A DNA stretch of 64,000 nucleotides, from assembly GCF_009914755.1 (NCBI RefSeq), contig NC_060947.1, one strand, 5' to 3'. The translations under genes and the position numbers were made by a program. The notes beneath the pieces are model-generated. The model had not been told where the DNA came from and did not search any database. It was given only the letters and a program-made list of their open reading frames with translations. The stretch is from the human T2T-CHM13v2.0 reference genome, Homo sapiens. This document shows, one piece after another, positions 1 through 14,929 of the stretch (positions are counted from its first letter, which is position 1; each line of letters starts with the position of its first letter).

Positions 1-770
1 TTTTTTGTACAGATCTTTTACTTTGCTTAAATTTATGCCTAGGTATATATTTTTTATAGCTACTGAAAATGAGAATTCTTTCTTAATTTGTTTTTCAGAT
101 TGTTAACTGTTAGCATATAAAAATGCTACTGAGTTCAATAAGTTGATTTTGTATCCCGCAACTTTACTGATTTCATTATCAGTTCTATCAGTTTTTGGTG
201 GCGTCATTAAGTTTGTCTAAATATAAGATTATATCATCTATGAAGGTAGACAATTTGACTGCTTTCTTTCCAATTTGAATGGCCTACATTTCTTTCTCTT
301 ATATAATTGCTCTGGCTAAGACTTAACAGTATTAATGTTGAATAAAAGGAGTGAAAGTGAACATCCTTGCCTTATTACAGATCTCAGAGAAAAAGCTTTC
401 AACATTTCCTTGTTCAGTATAAAGTTAGCTGTGCGTTTGTCATATATGGTAGCTATTGTTTTGAAGTGTTTTACTTATACATCTAATTTGCTGATTTTTT
501 TTTACCATGAAGAAGGTTGAATATTATCAAATACTTCCTCTGTATCTATGGAGATAATCATATAGTTTTGTCATTACTTGGTCTATATGATGGATCACAT
601 GTATCAATTTGTGTATATTGGACCATCCTTGCATCCCTGGAATAAATCTTCCTTGATCAAAATGTATTAACTTTTTGATATTTTATTGTATTAAGTGTGC
701 TTGTAATTTGTTAAGGATTCTTACATCTATGTTAATCAAGAATATTAGCCAGTAGTGTTCTCTTTTTTCA
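1..770 (-). mobile_element. Old L1 (L1M-type) ORF2/RT-region fragment
   Basis: Antisense L1 ORF2 text. ORF 335-520 '[22 protein letters not shown]' is the typical antisense reading. The same L1 text resumes at about 6563. Confidence 0.85.
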
Positions 771-799
771 ATTTTAGTAACATTTTTATCTTATCGAAA

Positions 800-1027
800 A
801 TATTTTTTAACTTTTATTTTAGGTTCAAGGGTATATGTGAATGTTTGTTATATAGGTAAATTGCATGTCATATGGGTTTTTGTACAGATTAGTCACCCAG
901 GTAATAACCATAGTACCCAATAGGTAGTTTCTCAATGTTCAACCTCCTCTCACCCTCCTTTCTCAAGCAGCTACTGATGTCCTTTGTTCCCTTCTTTGTG
1001 GCCATGTGTATTCGATGTTTAGCTCCT
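800..1027 (-). mobile_element. L1PA15-like 3' end fragment
   Basis: 'ttttaacttttattttaggttcaaggg...gtcacccaggtaataaccatagtacccaataggtag' matches the antisense L1PA13-16 3'UTR. Confidence 0.8.
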
Positions 1028-1029
1028 CC

Positions 1030-1638
1030 AGCCTTGAAAGGTACTTATCAGGCCCTAGCCAGAGATAACCATGCTGGAATTTTCTCCACTGATAAGCATG
1101 CACATTCCTTCAAAAATTGAAGTTTTTTTTTGTTCATTATAATAGTAACCTTTTGTTCATTATAATAGTAACAAACAGAAGTCTGGGTGGAGGTTTTATA
1201 TGCTAATAAGACATGCAATGTGTGTACTAGCACATACAACCACAAAGCATAGGTGCCCAAAGAGACTTCCTAAAACATTGTTGCAAGTAACACCCCCTTG
1301 GCCATTTATAAAAAAATTATGTAAGATTCTCATAAAGAGAATATTCCAGCACTAGCTGTTGCTGGCTCATTCTTTTGAGCAGCCCGCTCTGTCTCATCTT
1401 TCAGAGTGTGTACTCTCTCTTTAAATGAACACTACTACGACTACTATTACTACTACCACTACTACTACTACTAATATTCCAACTGGACCTGCCTGGGGCT
1501 GTTTTCCACTCCTCTCTAGGAAGGTACTTATCTACCTTCAATAAACTCTGCTACTTAACCATTGCTATGCATCTATTGTCTGAATTCTATCTTTCAAGTT
1601 AGGCAAGAACCAAGGATTACCACACTTCCTGGTCACAT
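1030..1638 (+). mobile_element. ERV1 (MER4-group-like) 5' LTR, family not assigned
   Basis: AATAAA at about 1540. Ends 'ttcctggtcaca' just before a PBS-like motif and gag. Contains a 22-bp direct repeat (1128-1149 and 1151-1172) and a (CTA)n tract. Confidence 0.65.
1432..1473 (+). repeat. (CTA)n imperfect microsatellite
   Basis: ctactacgactactattactactaccactactactactacta. Confidence 0.9.
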
Positions 1639-1642
1639 ACTG

Positions 1643-1660
1643 TGGTGCTGTGGCTCAGAC
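1643..1660 (+). other. Degenerate retroviral primer-binding site, tRNA-His-like
   Basis: 'tggtgctgtggctcagac' versus the His PBS TGGTGCCGTGACTCGGAT (14/18), directly after the LTR end. Confidence 0.6.
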
Positions 1661-2499
1661 GGCCTTTCCTGTGAACTTTTCTCTGAGGTAAGTGCCGAGG
1701 GTGGTTGAGTCCCCAAGTTGACTGCCTCTGATTTTTCTGCATTGCCTAATGCTGTTCTTGCCACTTTAAGGTGTGAAGTTTTTTCTCTCCCTCCCTTGCT
1801 CACATATAAGCCTCACAGATCAGACTGCTTACCCCTGCCAGCCTGTCCTTTTGTTCTTGGCAGGGCTTTCTCACATTTCTTTCTTCACTTTTACCTTTGA
1901 CCGACGAGGCTGATTTGGAGGTCCTTTCTGCTGTGTATGTCAGAATTCCTCTCCATCTGTCCAGGGCAAATAGAGTTTTTATCCACACAGAGAAAAACTT
2001 AATTTCTGGGTAAAATGTCTTTTTGGCCAGACTCCCTTTGTGAAACCTAAGAAACCTAATGGGTGTGACCACTCACACCTTCCCCCAAAAATAAAGACAG
2101 AAATCAATTCAGTTAGACACCAACATTCTTGTCATCATAAAATTAGGCTTATTTGTTCTAAGGATTCCAAAAGCTTTCCCTTTTCCAAAGCCCCAAGGGC
2201 TGCAGATGCTTAAGCAATAAACACTCCCTCGAGAAGACAGCTGCTTCATGAACACCCACTTCAGAACAGAGCGGTCCAGGGGAGCACCAAGGGATGCCTG
2301 GGTGTGGGTCATTGAGCCAAAGAGGACAGGGATGCCTGATATCCCTGGCTTGACTGCAGGATGGCCTCCTAAAGGATGCAGGTTCCCTGGAAAAGGTAAA
2401 ATAAAAAAAAACAACTTCTCATTCAGGCACCTTTCCGATTCATTTTCCTCTTTCTTTTGGAACATGTGAAGGACAAATATAAATTATAATTGAGCCACC

Positions 2500-3430
2500 C
2501 AGACCCACCTAGGTCCAGGTCCGCTCTTCTATACAGGACCTTTGCCAAGTTAAAGAAAACCTAGGAGAGCTCTCAGCTGACACTGAGAGGCTCACCAATG
2601 GATTCCAACAATTAACTCTTATATTTTATTAACTTGTTCATCCTCATGAAACAAGCCCTCTCACAAGAAAAAGAAAACATATATAAGGCAGCATTCTGCT
2701 GCAAGGATAACCTACACTTGGCAGATGCTACCTACCTCATGGTAACTACAGCTGTTCCCATGCAGGACCCCGGTTGGGACTACACTACCCAGAGGGGGAT
2801 ACAGGCCAGAAACAATATGCTCCTATGCCTAGCAGAGGTAATAAAAAGGAGTAACATCAAATAAGGAAATTATTATAAGTTAGCCACCATAGACCAAGGG
2901 CCAAATAACAAACCTATAGCCTTTCTCAAAAGGCTGCAAGAAACGCTTATCAAACATACCAACTTAGACCCAGGAATCCCCAAAGGAGAACTAGTCCTAA
3001 AGCATTACTTTCTTACCCAAGCTGCCTCAGATATTAAGAAAATAATTACAAAAGTCAGGCTTAGGACCCAAAGTCCATATGTCAGAAATCGTCAAATTGA
3101 CCTCCTCAGTCTTTTATAAACGAAATCAGGATGAGGAGAACAGGGCCAAACAGAAGGAGAAATGGAAAGACGGGAGACAGGCTCAATTATTGGCTGCTTT
3201 ACAAATCAACCAGGCCCCTCTAGGTTACCTTAAAAATCCCTTCCCTAGAAACTGCCATAAGAGCAGAAAGCCAGGCCACTGAAACGTAAACTGTCCTAAT
3301 GTGCCAAATAGTAGAAAGACCCAAATGGCCTTTCCTCTCTGCCACAAGCTTGGCCACTGGAAAAGGGACTGTCTCAAGAGACAAAAGGCCCCAGGCCAAA
3401 CCCCAATCCAGTAATGGATTTGAACTGAAG
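2500..3430 (+). pseudogene. gag: Decayed gammaretrovirus-like gag (CA-NC)
   Basis: 'AVPMQDPGWDY', MHR-like 'YYKLATIDQGPNNKPIAFLKRLQETL', and two degenerate knuckles 'CHKSRKPGH*NVNC' and 'PLCHKLGHWKRDC'. Contains stops and frameshifts. Confidence 0.85.
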
Positions 3431-3489
3431 TGGTCCTCTTCTCCAGCTGTCTCTGAGATCTGACATCATCATAAAAAAAAAAAACGAAA

Positions 3490-4070
3490 CCAAGGCAAGT
3501 CTAATGGTGTCAGGTAAGATTATACATTTTATTTTGGATTCAAGAGCTGATTATCCTATGCTAACCTCCTTCTCTGGGCAACTTGTGTCCAAAATCCTGT
3601 TGGGTAGTGAGGACAAGTGGCAGTCCCCCAAAAAAACTCACACTCCACCCCCTCCTCATTTTGCGATAGAGTCTCATTCTGTCACCGAGGCTGGAGTTCA
3701 GTGGCACGAGCTCAGCTCACTGCACCCTCTTCCTCCCGGGTTCAAGTGATTCTCCTGCCTCAGCCTACTGAGTAACTGGGATTACAGGCACCCACCCCCA
3801 TGCCTGGCTAATTTTTGTATTTTTAGCAGAGACAGTGTTTCACCATGTTGGCCAGGCTGGTCTTGATCTCCTGACCTCAGGTGATCCACCCACCTGGGCT
3901 TGCCAAAGTGTTGGGATTACAGGTGTGAGCCACTGTACCCAGCCCGCACCCCCTTTTTATTACTTAAGGGACCAATTGCTATTTGCCCACCAGTCCCTGG
4001 TAATGCCTAAATGTCCCAATCTTCTTTTGTGTAAAAATATACTCTCCCAAATGGATGCCTGGATAATATT
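3490..4070 (+). pseudogene. pro: Decayed ERV1 protease, split by an Alu
   Basis: 'IHFILDSRADY' (LDTGA-like) before the Alu and 'FAHQSLVMPKCPNLLLCKNIL' (PLLGRD region) after it. Confidence 0.8.
3659..3944 (-). mobile_element. AluS (Sx-like)
   Basis: Full antisense Alu dimer with an eroded tail. 'caccccct' occurs on both flanks. Confidence 0.95.
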
Positions 4071-4177
4071 TACCAAACATCTGAATTCATTTTTCCCTCC
4101 AATAGCCCTATTTCTCCTGGGGAAGCCACACAAACCAATCTTTACCCAATAGCTTCAACCTGGAAAGCCCAAATTTA

Positions 4178-4370
4178 AGGTTTGAAAAATAGTCCATACT
4201 TATTCAAACAGGCCCTAGCAAAAACTCTAACTGAGCTACCTCTTGATGGGGGAGAACTTCTACAATATATAAATTACTTACTCCTGCCCCACCCCCACAG
4301 AGCTCACACAAAGACATGCAGTACAAACCTTAAACTTTCTACAAAGAGGATACAAAGTATCCAAAACCGA
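4178..4370 (+). pseudogene. pol: ERV1 reverse transcriptase fragment
   Basis: 'GLKNSPYLFKQALAKTL...LLQYINYLLL' corresponds to QGFKNSP...LLQYVDDLLL with the catalytic aspartates lost. Confidence 0.8.
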
Positions 4371-6562
<2,192 letters not shown>

Positions 6563-7613
6563 CTCTTTTTCTTGTGATATCTTTTCTGACCTTGGTATCA
6601 GGGTGATACTTGGCTTCATATAATGAATTTGGAAGTGTTGAAATAATTTAAAAATAATTGGTAAGAGATCTTTGTTAAATCTTTGGTAGACTTCACCAAT
6701 GAAGTCACCTACTACTGGACTTATCTTTGTCGATTTTTTTTTATTACTGTTTCAATCAATATGCTTCTAGTTGGTCTATGCAGGCCTTCTATTTCTTCTT
6801 GATTCAGTCTTGGTAGATTACATTTCTATGCATTTTTATTTTTTCTCTAGGTTACCCAATATGTTCACATTTAATTGTTCAAATGATACCTTATGATCAT
6901 TTTATTTCTGCATAATCAGTTGTAATGTCTTCTTTTTATACTTCTTCTTATTTATTTGAATCTCTCTTTAGCTAAGTGTTAATTTCATTTCTTAAAAATA
7001 ACTTCGTTGTTTAATTTTTAATTTTTTCTGTTTTTTTAAATTTTATTTCTGCTCTAAGATTTATTATTTTCTTTTCTCTCTTAATTTTTTGCTGTTCCAT
7101 TTTTTTTCTAATTTTCTGAGGTATAATTTCATTGTGTATTTGAGATCTTTGTTCTTTTTTAGGGTAAGCATTTATTGCTATAATCATCTTTCTTAGTACT
7201 GCTTTCCTGCATCCTTTAAGTCTGGATATGTTGGTTTCAGTTTCATTTGTCTTATTTTCTCAATTCTTTTAAAAATATTTTTATGACCGAATGGTTGTAT
7301 AAATGTGTGTTGTTTACTTTCCACATATTTGTGAATTTTACCATTTTTATTCCATTATTAATCTAGTTTGATGCAATTTTGATTGAAAGAGATACTTGAA
7401 AAGATTTCAATTTTCTTAAAATTGTTAAGACTTATTTTGTGACCTAACAGTTGATATATCCTGGAGAATGTATCATGTGTGCTTGACAAGAATGAGTATT
7501 CTACTGCTGTTGGGTAAAATTCTCTCTGCATATGTTTTAGGTTCATTTTATCTATAGTTTATTCAAATCTGCTGTTTCCTTATTGATTTTTTTTTCTGAA
7601 TGATCTATCCATT

Positions 7614-8194
7614 TGATATGGTGTGTTTATGTCCCCACACAAATCTCATATTGAATTGTAATTCCCACAATCCCTAGGTGTCATAGAAGGAAACTTGCAG
7701 GAGGTAATTGAATCATGCGGGTGGTTCCCCATGCTATTCTCCTGATAGTGAGTGAGTTGTCATGAGATCCAATGGTTTTATAATGGGCTTTTCCCTCTTC
7801 GCTTGGCATTTCTCCTTCCTACCTCTACGTGAGGAAGGATGTGTTTGCTTCTCCTTCTACCATGATTGTAGGTTTCCTGTGGCCCCCCAGCCATGTGGAA
7901 TTGTAAGTAAATTAAGCCTCTTTCTTTTATAAATTACCCAGTCTTGAGAAGTTCTTTGTATCAGCATGAGAACAAACTAATACAGTATATTGGCACCACA
8001 GAGAGTGGAGTGCTGCTATAAAGACATCTGGAAATACGGAAGTGACTTTGGACGGGGTAACAGGCAGAGGTTGGAACAGTTTGGAGGGTTCAGAAGAAGA
8101 CAGGAAAATGTGGGAAAATTTGGGACTTCCTAGAAATTTGGAAGGCTAAGAAGACAGAAAGATGTGGTGTTGCTGGAAGTCAGGTACTAATACA
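7614..8194 (+). mobile_element. THE1C MaLR: LTR (7614-7984), about 185 bp of internal sequence, and a terminal LTR stub
   Basis: 'tgatatgg...tccccacacaaatctcat...ctaataca', then the THE1-int start 'gtatattggcacca...aacagtttggagggttcagaagaagacagg', then a second 'ctaataca' at 8187-8194. Confidence 0.9.
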
Positions 8195-8722
8195 ACATGA
8201 TTAAAAGCAGGCATGAATGTTTCCTACTATTATTGCATTTGTGTCTATTCCTTCCTTAAGTTCTGTCGACTTCTGTTTTATATAGAGCTTTGATGTTGGT
8301 TTTATATATATTTATAATTGTTTTCTTTTCCTCTTGAATGGACCCTTTTCTCAATACAAAACAGCTTTATTTGACTATTTTAGTTTTTAACTTAAAGTCT
8401 ATGTTTTTCTGGTATAAGTATAGATACTCTTGCTTGATTTTGGTTACATTTGCATGAAACATATATTTTCTTTTCCTCAGATGTAGTCTATATATGTCTT
8501 TAATTCTAAAATTAGTCTCTTGTAGATACCACAAAGTTGGGTACTTTTTATTTTTATTCATTTAGCAAATTAGACTCTTGATTAGGAAGTTTAGATCACT
8601 TATATCTAAAGTTAAAATTGATGGGTAAGAACTTTCTACTTCTACTTTTTTATTGTTTTCTCTCTGTTTTATACTAATAACCATATTTTAAGCTATAACA
8701 ACTTAACTTTAATCATATACAG

Positions 8723-9055
8723 CAGGAGTCCCCAAACCCACGGACTGGTACCAGTCCATAGCCTGTTAGGAACCAGGCTATACAGCAGGAGGTGAGTGGC
8801 AGTGAGTGAACATTACTACATGAGCTCTGTCTCCCATCAGATTAGCAGCAGCATTATATTCTCACAGAAGCGCAAATCCTATTGTGAACTGGACACGCAA
8901 GGGACCTAGGTTGCATACTCCTTATGGGAATTTAACTAATACCAGAAGATCTGAGGTGGAACACTTTCATTCTGAAACCATCTACCCAACTCAGTTGGTG
9001 AAAAAATCATCTTTCACAAAAACAGTCCTTGGTGCCTAATGGCTGGAGATCGCTG
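8723..9055 (+). mobile_element. MER1B hAT-Charlie non-autonomous DNA transposon
   Basis: 'caggagtccccaaaccc...gcctgttaggaacc...cagcaggaggtgag...ggagatcgctg', with TIR-like ends and a length of about 335 bp. Confidence 0.9.
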
Positions 9056-9734
9056 ACAGGAACTGTATACTTTATTTTCTTCTTATGGATACATTTTAAA
9101 TTACTGCTGTCAGATTTTACGTTTTCATATATTACTTTTTTTATCAAACTTCTGAGATTATAATTATTCTTAATATTTTTGTTTTTCAATTTTTTTATAT
9201 TAGTGTTAACATTATTTATGTGCCATCATTGCAGTATTACAACATTCACTATTTGTCTATGTATTTACATTTATCAGTAAGATTTGTACTTTCATATGCT
9301 TTCATGTTATTGTTTAATACATTTTTGTATTTGAATAATTCACTGTAGCAATCTTATACAGTAGGTCGAGAGGTAAAAAATTCCCTCAATTTTCATTTTT
9401 CTAGAAATTTTTATTTCCTTTATTCTTAAATAACTGTTTTATCTGGTACAGTATTTGTCTTTGGGAGATTTTTTCTTTCTGCTTATGGATTATATCATTC
9501 ATTTCTTTCCTGGGCAGCAATTATTCTACTGAGAAATGAGTTGATAGTTCTATCGAGAACTCTTCCATATATGACAAGTCACTTTTCTCTTTCTGTGTCT
9601 TACATTCTTTGTTTTTTATTTTCATTTTATTCAATTATAATATGTCTCCATGTGGTCTTCATTAATCCAAATGTCCATTTTCCTCTGTATATTTAGAATG
9701 CTTTCTGTCAGCATTTTAAATGTGTAATTTATCT

Positions 9735-11288
9735 TTGTTTTTTTAATTTCTCAATAAATGGAAAACAATTGTACACATAAGGCACATGTAATATTTTTAT
9801 ACATACATACAATGTATAATGTTTAAATGAAAATAACTAGGATATTCATTACCTCAAATATTATTTCTTTGTATTAGAAGTATTTCAAATCTTCATTTCT
9901 ACAATAAATTATTGTTATCTATTGGCATCCTATTGTGCTATCAAATATTAGCATTTATTTATTCTATCTAACTGTATGCTTTTACCTGTTACCCCAATTT
10001 TTTCTCCCCCATACACCCCTACATTTCCCAGCCTCTAGTGACAATTATTTTACTCTCTACTTTGATGATGTCAACATTTTTAGCTCCCACATGTGAGACA
10101 GACCATATCATATTTATCTTTCTGTGCCTGGTTTATTTCACTGAACTTACTGTTTCATCCATGTTGCTGCAAATGACATAATTTCATACTTTTAATGGCT
10201 TAGTAATATTTTATTCTGTATATATACTACAGTTTCCTTTTACTCATTCATGTGTTTATGAACACATAGGTTGATTTTTATCTTGGCTGTTGTGATTAAT
10301 GATGCAATAAACATGGGAGTGCAGATGTCTCCTTATTAATTGATTTTCTTTCTTTTGGATATATACCCAGTACTGGAATTGCTAGATTATATGGTAGTTC
10401 TATTTTTAAACATTTGAGAAAACTTCATACTGTTTTCCATTGTTGCTGTACTAATTTATATTTCTACCAATAGTGTTTAAATGTTCCCCTTTCTACACAT
10501 TCTCACCAATATCTGTTTCTTTTTATCTTTTTGAAAATACTAATTTTAACTGGGATGAGTTGTTATCTTATTGTGGTGTTGATTGGAATTTCCTGGGTAA
10601 TTAGTGTTGTTGAATATTTTCTTTCATATACCTGATGGCCATTTGTATGTCTTCACTTGACAAATGACTACTCAAAAATTTTTTCCATTTTAATTTGATA
10701 TTTTTTGATATTGAGTGCAAAATATATATTCTCATTATTAATTCATTCTCAGATAGATAGTTGCAAATATTTTCTCCCACTCTGAAGGTCTAATCTTCAC
10801 TTTGTTGGTTGTTGCCTTTGCTGTGCAGAAGCGTTTTAGCATGATATAATCCCATTTGTCTATGTTTGCTTTGGTGGCCTATACTATTGAAGTCTTACTC
10901 GAAAAATCTTTGCACAGACCAATGTCTTGAAGCATTTTTTCTTAATATTTTCCTGTAGTAGTCTCATCGTTTTGGGGCTTATATTTATGTCTTTAATATA
11001 TTTTAATTTGATTTTTCTGTACAGTGAGAGATAAGGGTCAAGTTTTATCCTTCTGTATATAGATATTTAGTTTTTCCAGCATCATTTATTGAAGAAACTG
11101 TCATTACGCCAATATATGTTTTTGGCATCACTGTCAAAAACGAGCTGGCTGCCAATGCATGGATTTTTTTCTGTGTACTCTATTCCCTTCTATTTATCTA
11201 TGTGATTTTTTTATGTCAGTAGTGTACTGTTTCTGTTACTATGGCTGTGTAGTATAATTTAAAGACAGTTTATGTGATGCCACAGGCT

Positions 11289-11323
<35 letters not shown>

Positions 11324-12250
11324 TTTTGCTCAGTATTGCTATGGGCCCATTTAAATTTTAGGTTTTTTTTTTTCTGTTTCTGTGAAAAATGTCATTGTTA
11401 TTTTTAAAGGGATTTGGCTGAATCTATAGATTTTTGGGGGTGGTATAGATACTTGAGCAATATTAATTCTCCAAATACAGAAGCATGAAATACATTTTAC
11501 TGTTTCTTATTTAATTTCTTTTATCAGTGTTTTATAATTTTCATTGTAAAAATCTCTTACTATTGTCTTTAAGTTTATTTCTAGGTATTTTTGTAGGTAT
11601 TATAAATTGGATTGTGTGTTTTCTTAGATTGTTCATTGTTGGCATATAGAAATGCTACTGGTATTTTATTCTGCAACTTTACTAAATAAGTTTATCAGTT
11701 CTAACAATTTTTGTGGTAGACTATTTAGCTTTTTCTAAGTGTAAGATTATGTGTTCTGCAAATAAGAACTAGTTGATTCCTATTCAGTTTGGATGGCCTG
11801 CATTTCTTTATTCAGTCTAATTGCTCTGTCCAGGATTTCCAGTACTAGATCAAATACAAAGTTGAAAATGGGCATTCTTATGTCATTCTAAACCTTAGAA
11901 GAAAAGTCTTAATTTTTGCCTCTTCAGTATGATGCTAGCTGTGGGTTTGTCATATATGGTATTTATGGTTGAAAGTTTGTTTATTCCATACCCAATTTGT
12001 TGACTTTTCTTTATAATGAAAGAATAAATTTTACTGAAATTTTTGGTGTCTATTAAGTGATCATATGGCTTTTGTACTTAATTCTATTAGTATGTGTATC
12101 TCATTTATTGACCTGTATGCATTGAACCATCCTAGTATTCATTGGATGAATTCCACATGATCATGGTGAATGATCTTTTTAATGTTTTGTTGAATTTGAT
12201 TTGCTAGTATGTTCTAGAGCATTTCTGCATCTATGTTTATCAGAAATATA
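9735..12250 (-). mobile_element. L1MA4/5-like 3' end and ORF2 3' part (continues at about 37435)
   Basis: Antisense L1MA 3'UTR ('ggatattcattacctcaaata...ttctatctaactgta') followed by ORF2. (TTTA)n at about 11287-11325. Confidence 0.85.
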
Positions 12251-12259
12251 GGATCATAT

Positions 12260-13140
12260 ATATTTTTTCTTCCAACTTTTATTTTCAGGGACTACAGGTG
12301 CAGATTTTTTTATTGGGGTAAATTACATGTTACTGGGGTTTGATTTACAAACTATTTTGTCACCCAGGTGGTGAGTATAAAACCTGATAGGTAGTATTTT
12401 TATCCTCACCCTCCTCCCATCCTACATCCTCAAGTAAGTCCTGAGGTCTACGATATCTCTTTTTGTGTTTATGTGTATTCAATGTTTAGTTTCCACTTAT
12501 AAGTGAGAGCATGTGGTACATGGTTTTCTGATTATGTGTTAATTTGCTTGAGCTAATGGCCTCCAGCTGCATCCTTGATGATGCAGAAGACATGATTTCA
12601 TTCCATTTTTTAAAACCATGTAGTGTTTCATGGTGTGTATGTGCCACATGTTTTTATCCAGTCCTCCAATGTTGGGCATCTAGGTTGATTCTATGTCCTT
12701 GCTATGGTGTAAAGTGCTATATGTGTATGAGTCTTTGTGGTAGAATGACTTAAATTCCTTTAAGTATATTTGCCAGTTATAGCATTGCTGTATCAAATAG
12801 TAGGTTCTGTGTTAAATTCTTTGAGAGATCTCCAAGCTGATTTTCATGTGGCTGAACTAATTTATATCCCCACCAGTAGTGTGTAAATGTTTCCTTTTTC
12901 TCTGGAAAATTACAAACATCTTTTTAAAAAAAAATTTAATAATAGCCTTTCTGACTGGTATGTGATGGTATCTTATTGTGATGCTTATTTGCATTTCTCT
13001 GATGATTAGTGATACTGAGTGTTTTTATTTTATGTATTTGTTGGACACATGCACGTCTTCTTTTGAAAAGTGTCTGTTCATGTCCCTTACACATGTTTAA
13101 CAGCGTTATTTCTTATTTGTTGAATTGTATAAGGTCCTCT
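12260..13140 (-). mobile_element. L1PA16-like 3' end
   Basis: 'ccaacttttattttcaggg...tttgtcacccaggtggtgagtat' antisense 3'UTR. It breaks at the (TA)n tract at 13141. Confidence 0.85.
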
Positions 13141-13326
13141 TATATGTATATATATATATGTATACGTATATATATATGTATATATACGTATATATATATA
13201 TGTATACGTATATATATATGTATATATACGTATATATATACGTATACATATATATATATACACACATATATATACATGCACACACACACTATTAGTTCTT
13301 TCCCCTAGAGAACCCTGACTAATACA
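13141..13326 (+). mobile_element. (TA)n tract plus terminal U5 of an MLT2A LTR (inverted piece of the HERV-L 3' LTR)
   Basis: TA-rich microsatellite followed by 'ctattagttctttcccctagagaaccctgactaataca', the MLT2A 3' terminus. Confidence 0.9.
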
Positions 13327-13870
13327 CCCCCTATTGGCATAAAGCAGTTAAGAGAAGTCATCACGCCTATCTTAATGGCAGTTAGATGTACCTCTTCGGA
13401 CAGGGAATTGATGGCAACAGCAGGCGGTCCAGAGAAGCCACTGTCATCATGCCAGTTGCACAGGGACGCACTGTCTGTGGTGGCAGGAGTGGCTCCAGGA
13501 ACAGCAATAGCGGTGGTGGGTACCCTGTGTCTCACGTCCCTGAAGCAGCTGATTGTACTGCTCCCACCCTCACATGGCCAGGCAGGACCTGCCTTTATGC
13601 CTAGAGCCTCCATTACTCTTGCCTGTCACCACTGCAGGGAGGGTACAAGGAGGAGGTGGAGCTGGGCCTGTGGCAGTGCTGTGCTCCATGGAGTTGCCAG
13701 GAGCCAGGGACAAGCTGGAGCCCCCAGGGAGCCCACTGCCTTGGGGACCACTGTGATGGGGCCAGACCAAGCCACCTGCCAGCTGGGGAGTAACAGTCTG
13801 GCACAGACAGGCAGGCAGAGAGGGGCCCTAAGAGGACCTGGAGCCTCTGACCCATGCTGCACAGAGGAGG
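13327..13870 (+). mobile_element. MER52-int 3' end/PPT and the first ~460 bp of a MER52 LTR (inverted piece)
   Basis: PPT-like 'cttcggacagggaat', then 'tgatggcaacagcaggcggtccagagaagccactgtcatcatgccag' at 13409, homologous to the reverse complement of 28410-28462. Confidence 0.8.
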
Positions 13871-14370
13871 CATATATATATATGTACATATATATGTACA
13901 TATATATGTACATATATATGTATATATATATGTACATATATATGTACATATATATGTACATATATATGTATATATATATGTACATATATATGAGTTTATT
14001 AAGTATTAACTTACATGATCACAAGGTGCCACAAGAGGCTGTCTGCAAGCTGAGGAGCAAGGAAAGCCAGTCCTTATCCCAAGCTGAAGAACTTGGAGTC
14101 AGTTGTTCAAGGGCAGGAAGCATCCAGCAGGGGAGAAAGATGTAGGCTGGGAGGCTACGCCAGTCTGGGTTTTTCTTGTTTTTTCTGCCTGCTTTATATT
14201 CACTGCAGCTGATTAGATTGTGCCCACCAGATTAAGGATGGATCTGCCTTCCCCAGCCCACTGACTCAAATGTTAATCTCCTTTGGCAAAACCTTCACAG
14301 ACACACTCAGGGGATCAATATTTTGTATCCTTCAATCCAATCAAGTTGACACTCAGTATTAACCATCCCA
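13871..14370 (-). mobile_element. MLT2A1-like 3' LTR of HERV-L, broken in its (TA)n tract
   Basis: The reverse complement starts 'tgggatggttaatactgagtgtcaacttgattggattgaagg'. TA-rich tract at 13871-13991. Confidence 0.92.
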
Positions 14371-14929
14371 AGTCCACCCCTTGTCCAATTGAACCCATAC
14401 ACATCTCCTGAGATTATATATGATCTTCAAATAAAGACAGTAATAAGGTTATAATTATGCCTAACATAATACAACTATTCTTCATATGACCGGAAATGCA
14501 CCTATCCCCATCCCAAATACTATTACATAAAGTTAACAATGCTTAAATGCTGATATAAAGTCAATAAATCTTATGTCACATGATAAAGGAAAAGGAAGTA
14601 CAATTAAGGTATTTTGTTAGTGCAATTGTATACGTGCACAAACATGTTTTTAACAAAAGAAGGAGGAAATACTGATGACAGTTACAGTCCTCGTTTCTGC
14701 ACGTTGTCACGTGATCATAGCTGGTATTGATGACTACCTTCTCCTACTACTCATTCTGTATTTTCTTTCCCTTCAGGAGGCACCTCAGCAGGTAGTGGTT
14801 TCTTTCCTGGTGAAGTGACTCAAATCATCATTCCTGAGGGGTCTGGGCCATTTGTAGTCCTACCTGGATTGGACTATTGTAGTTTCCCATTGACCTTAAT
14901 CACAGGGCACAGTAATACTAAGAGACGAC

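Larger units (their letters stand above)
6563..9720 (-). mobile_element. Old L1 continuation (ORF2 5' half, EN, ORF1), interrupted by THE1C and MER1B
   Basis: Minus-strand ORFs 7358-7546 'FLSSTHDTFSRIYQLLGHK' and 8367-8561 'PTLWYLQETNF' are L1 endonuclease motifs. Confidence 0.85.

Noticed and set aside
13009-13308. Tyr/Ile-rich ORFs on both strands
   Set aside because: Translation of a (TA)n microsatellite.
13871-13991. Regular 12-bp repeat array (CRISPR-like?)
   Set aside because: Simple TA-derived microsatellite with no unique spacers and no cas genes, in mammalian DNA.
13375-14145. 256-aa ORF with (YMYI)n repeats
   Set aside because: It reads through a MER52 LTR, a TA microsatellite and an antisense MLT2A across the inversion junction. 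Open frame is explained by composition.
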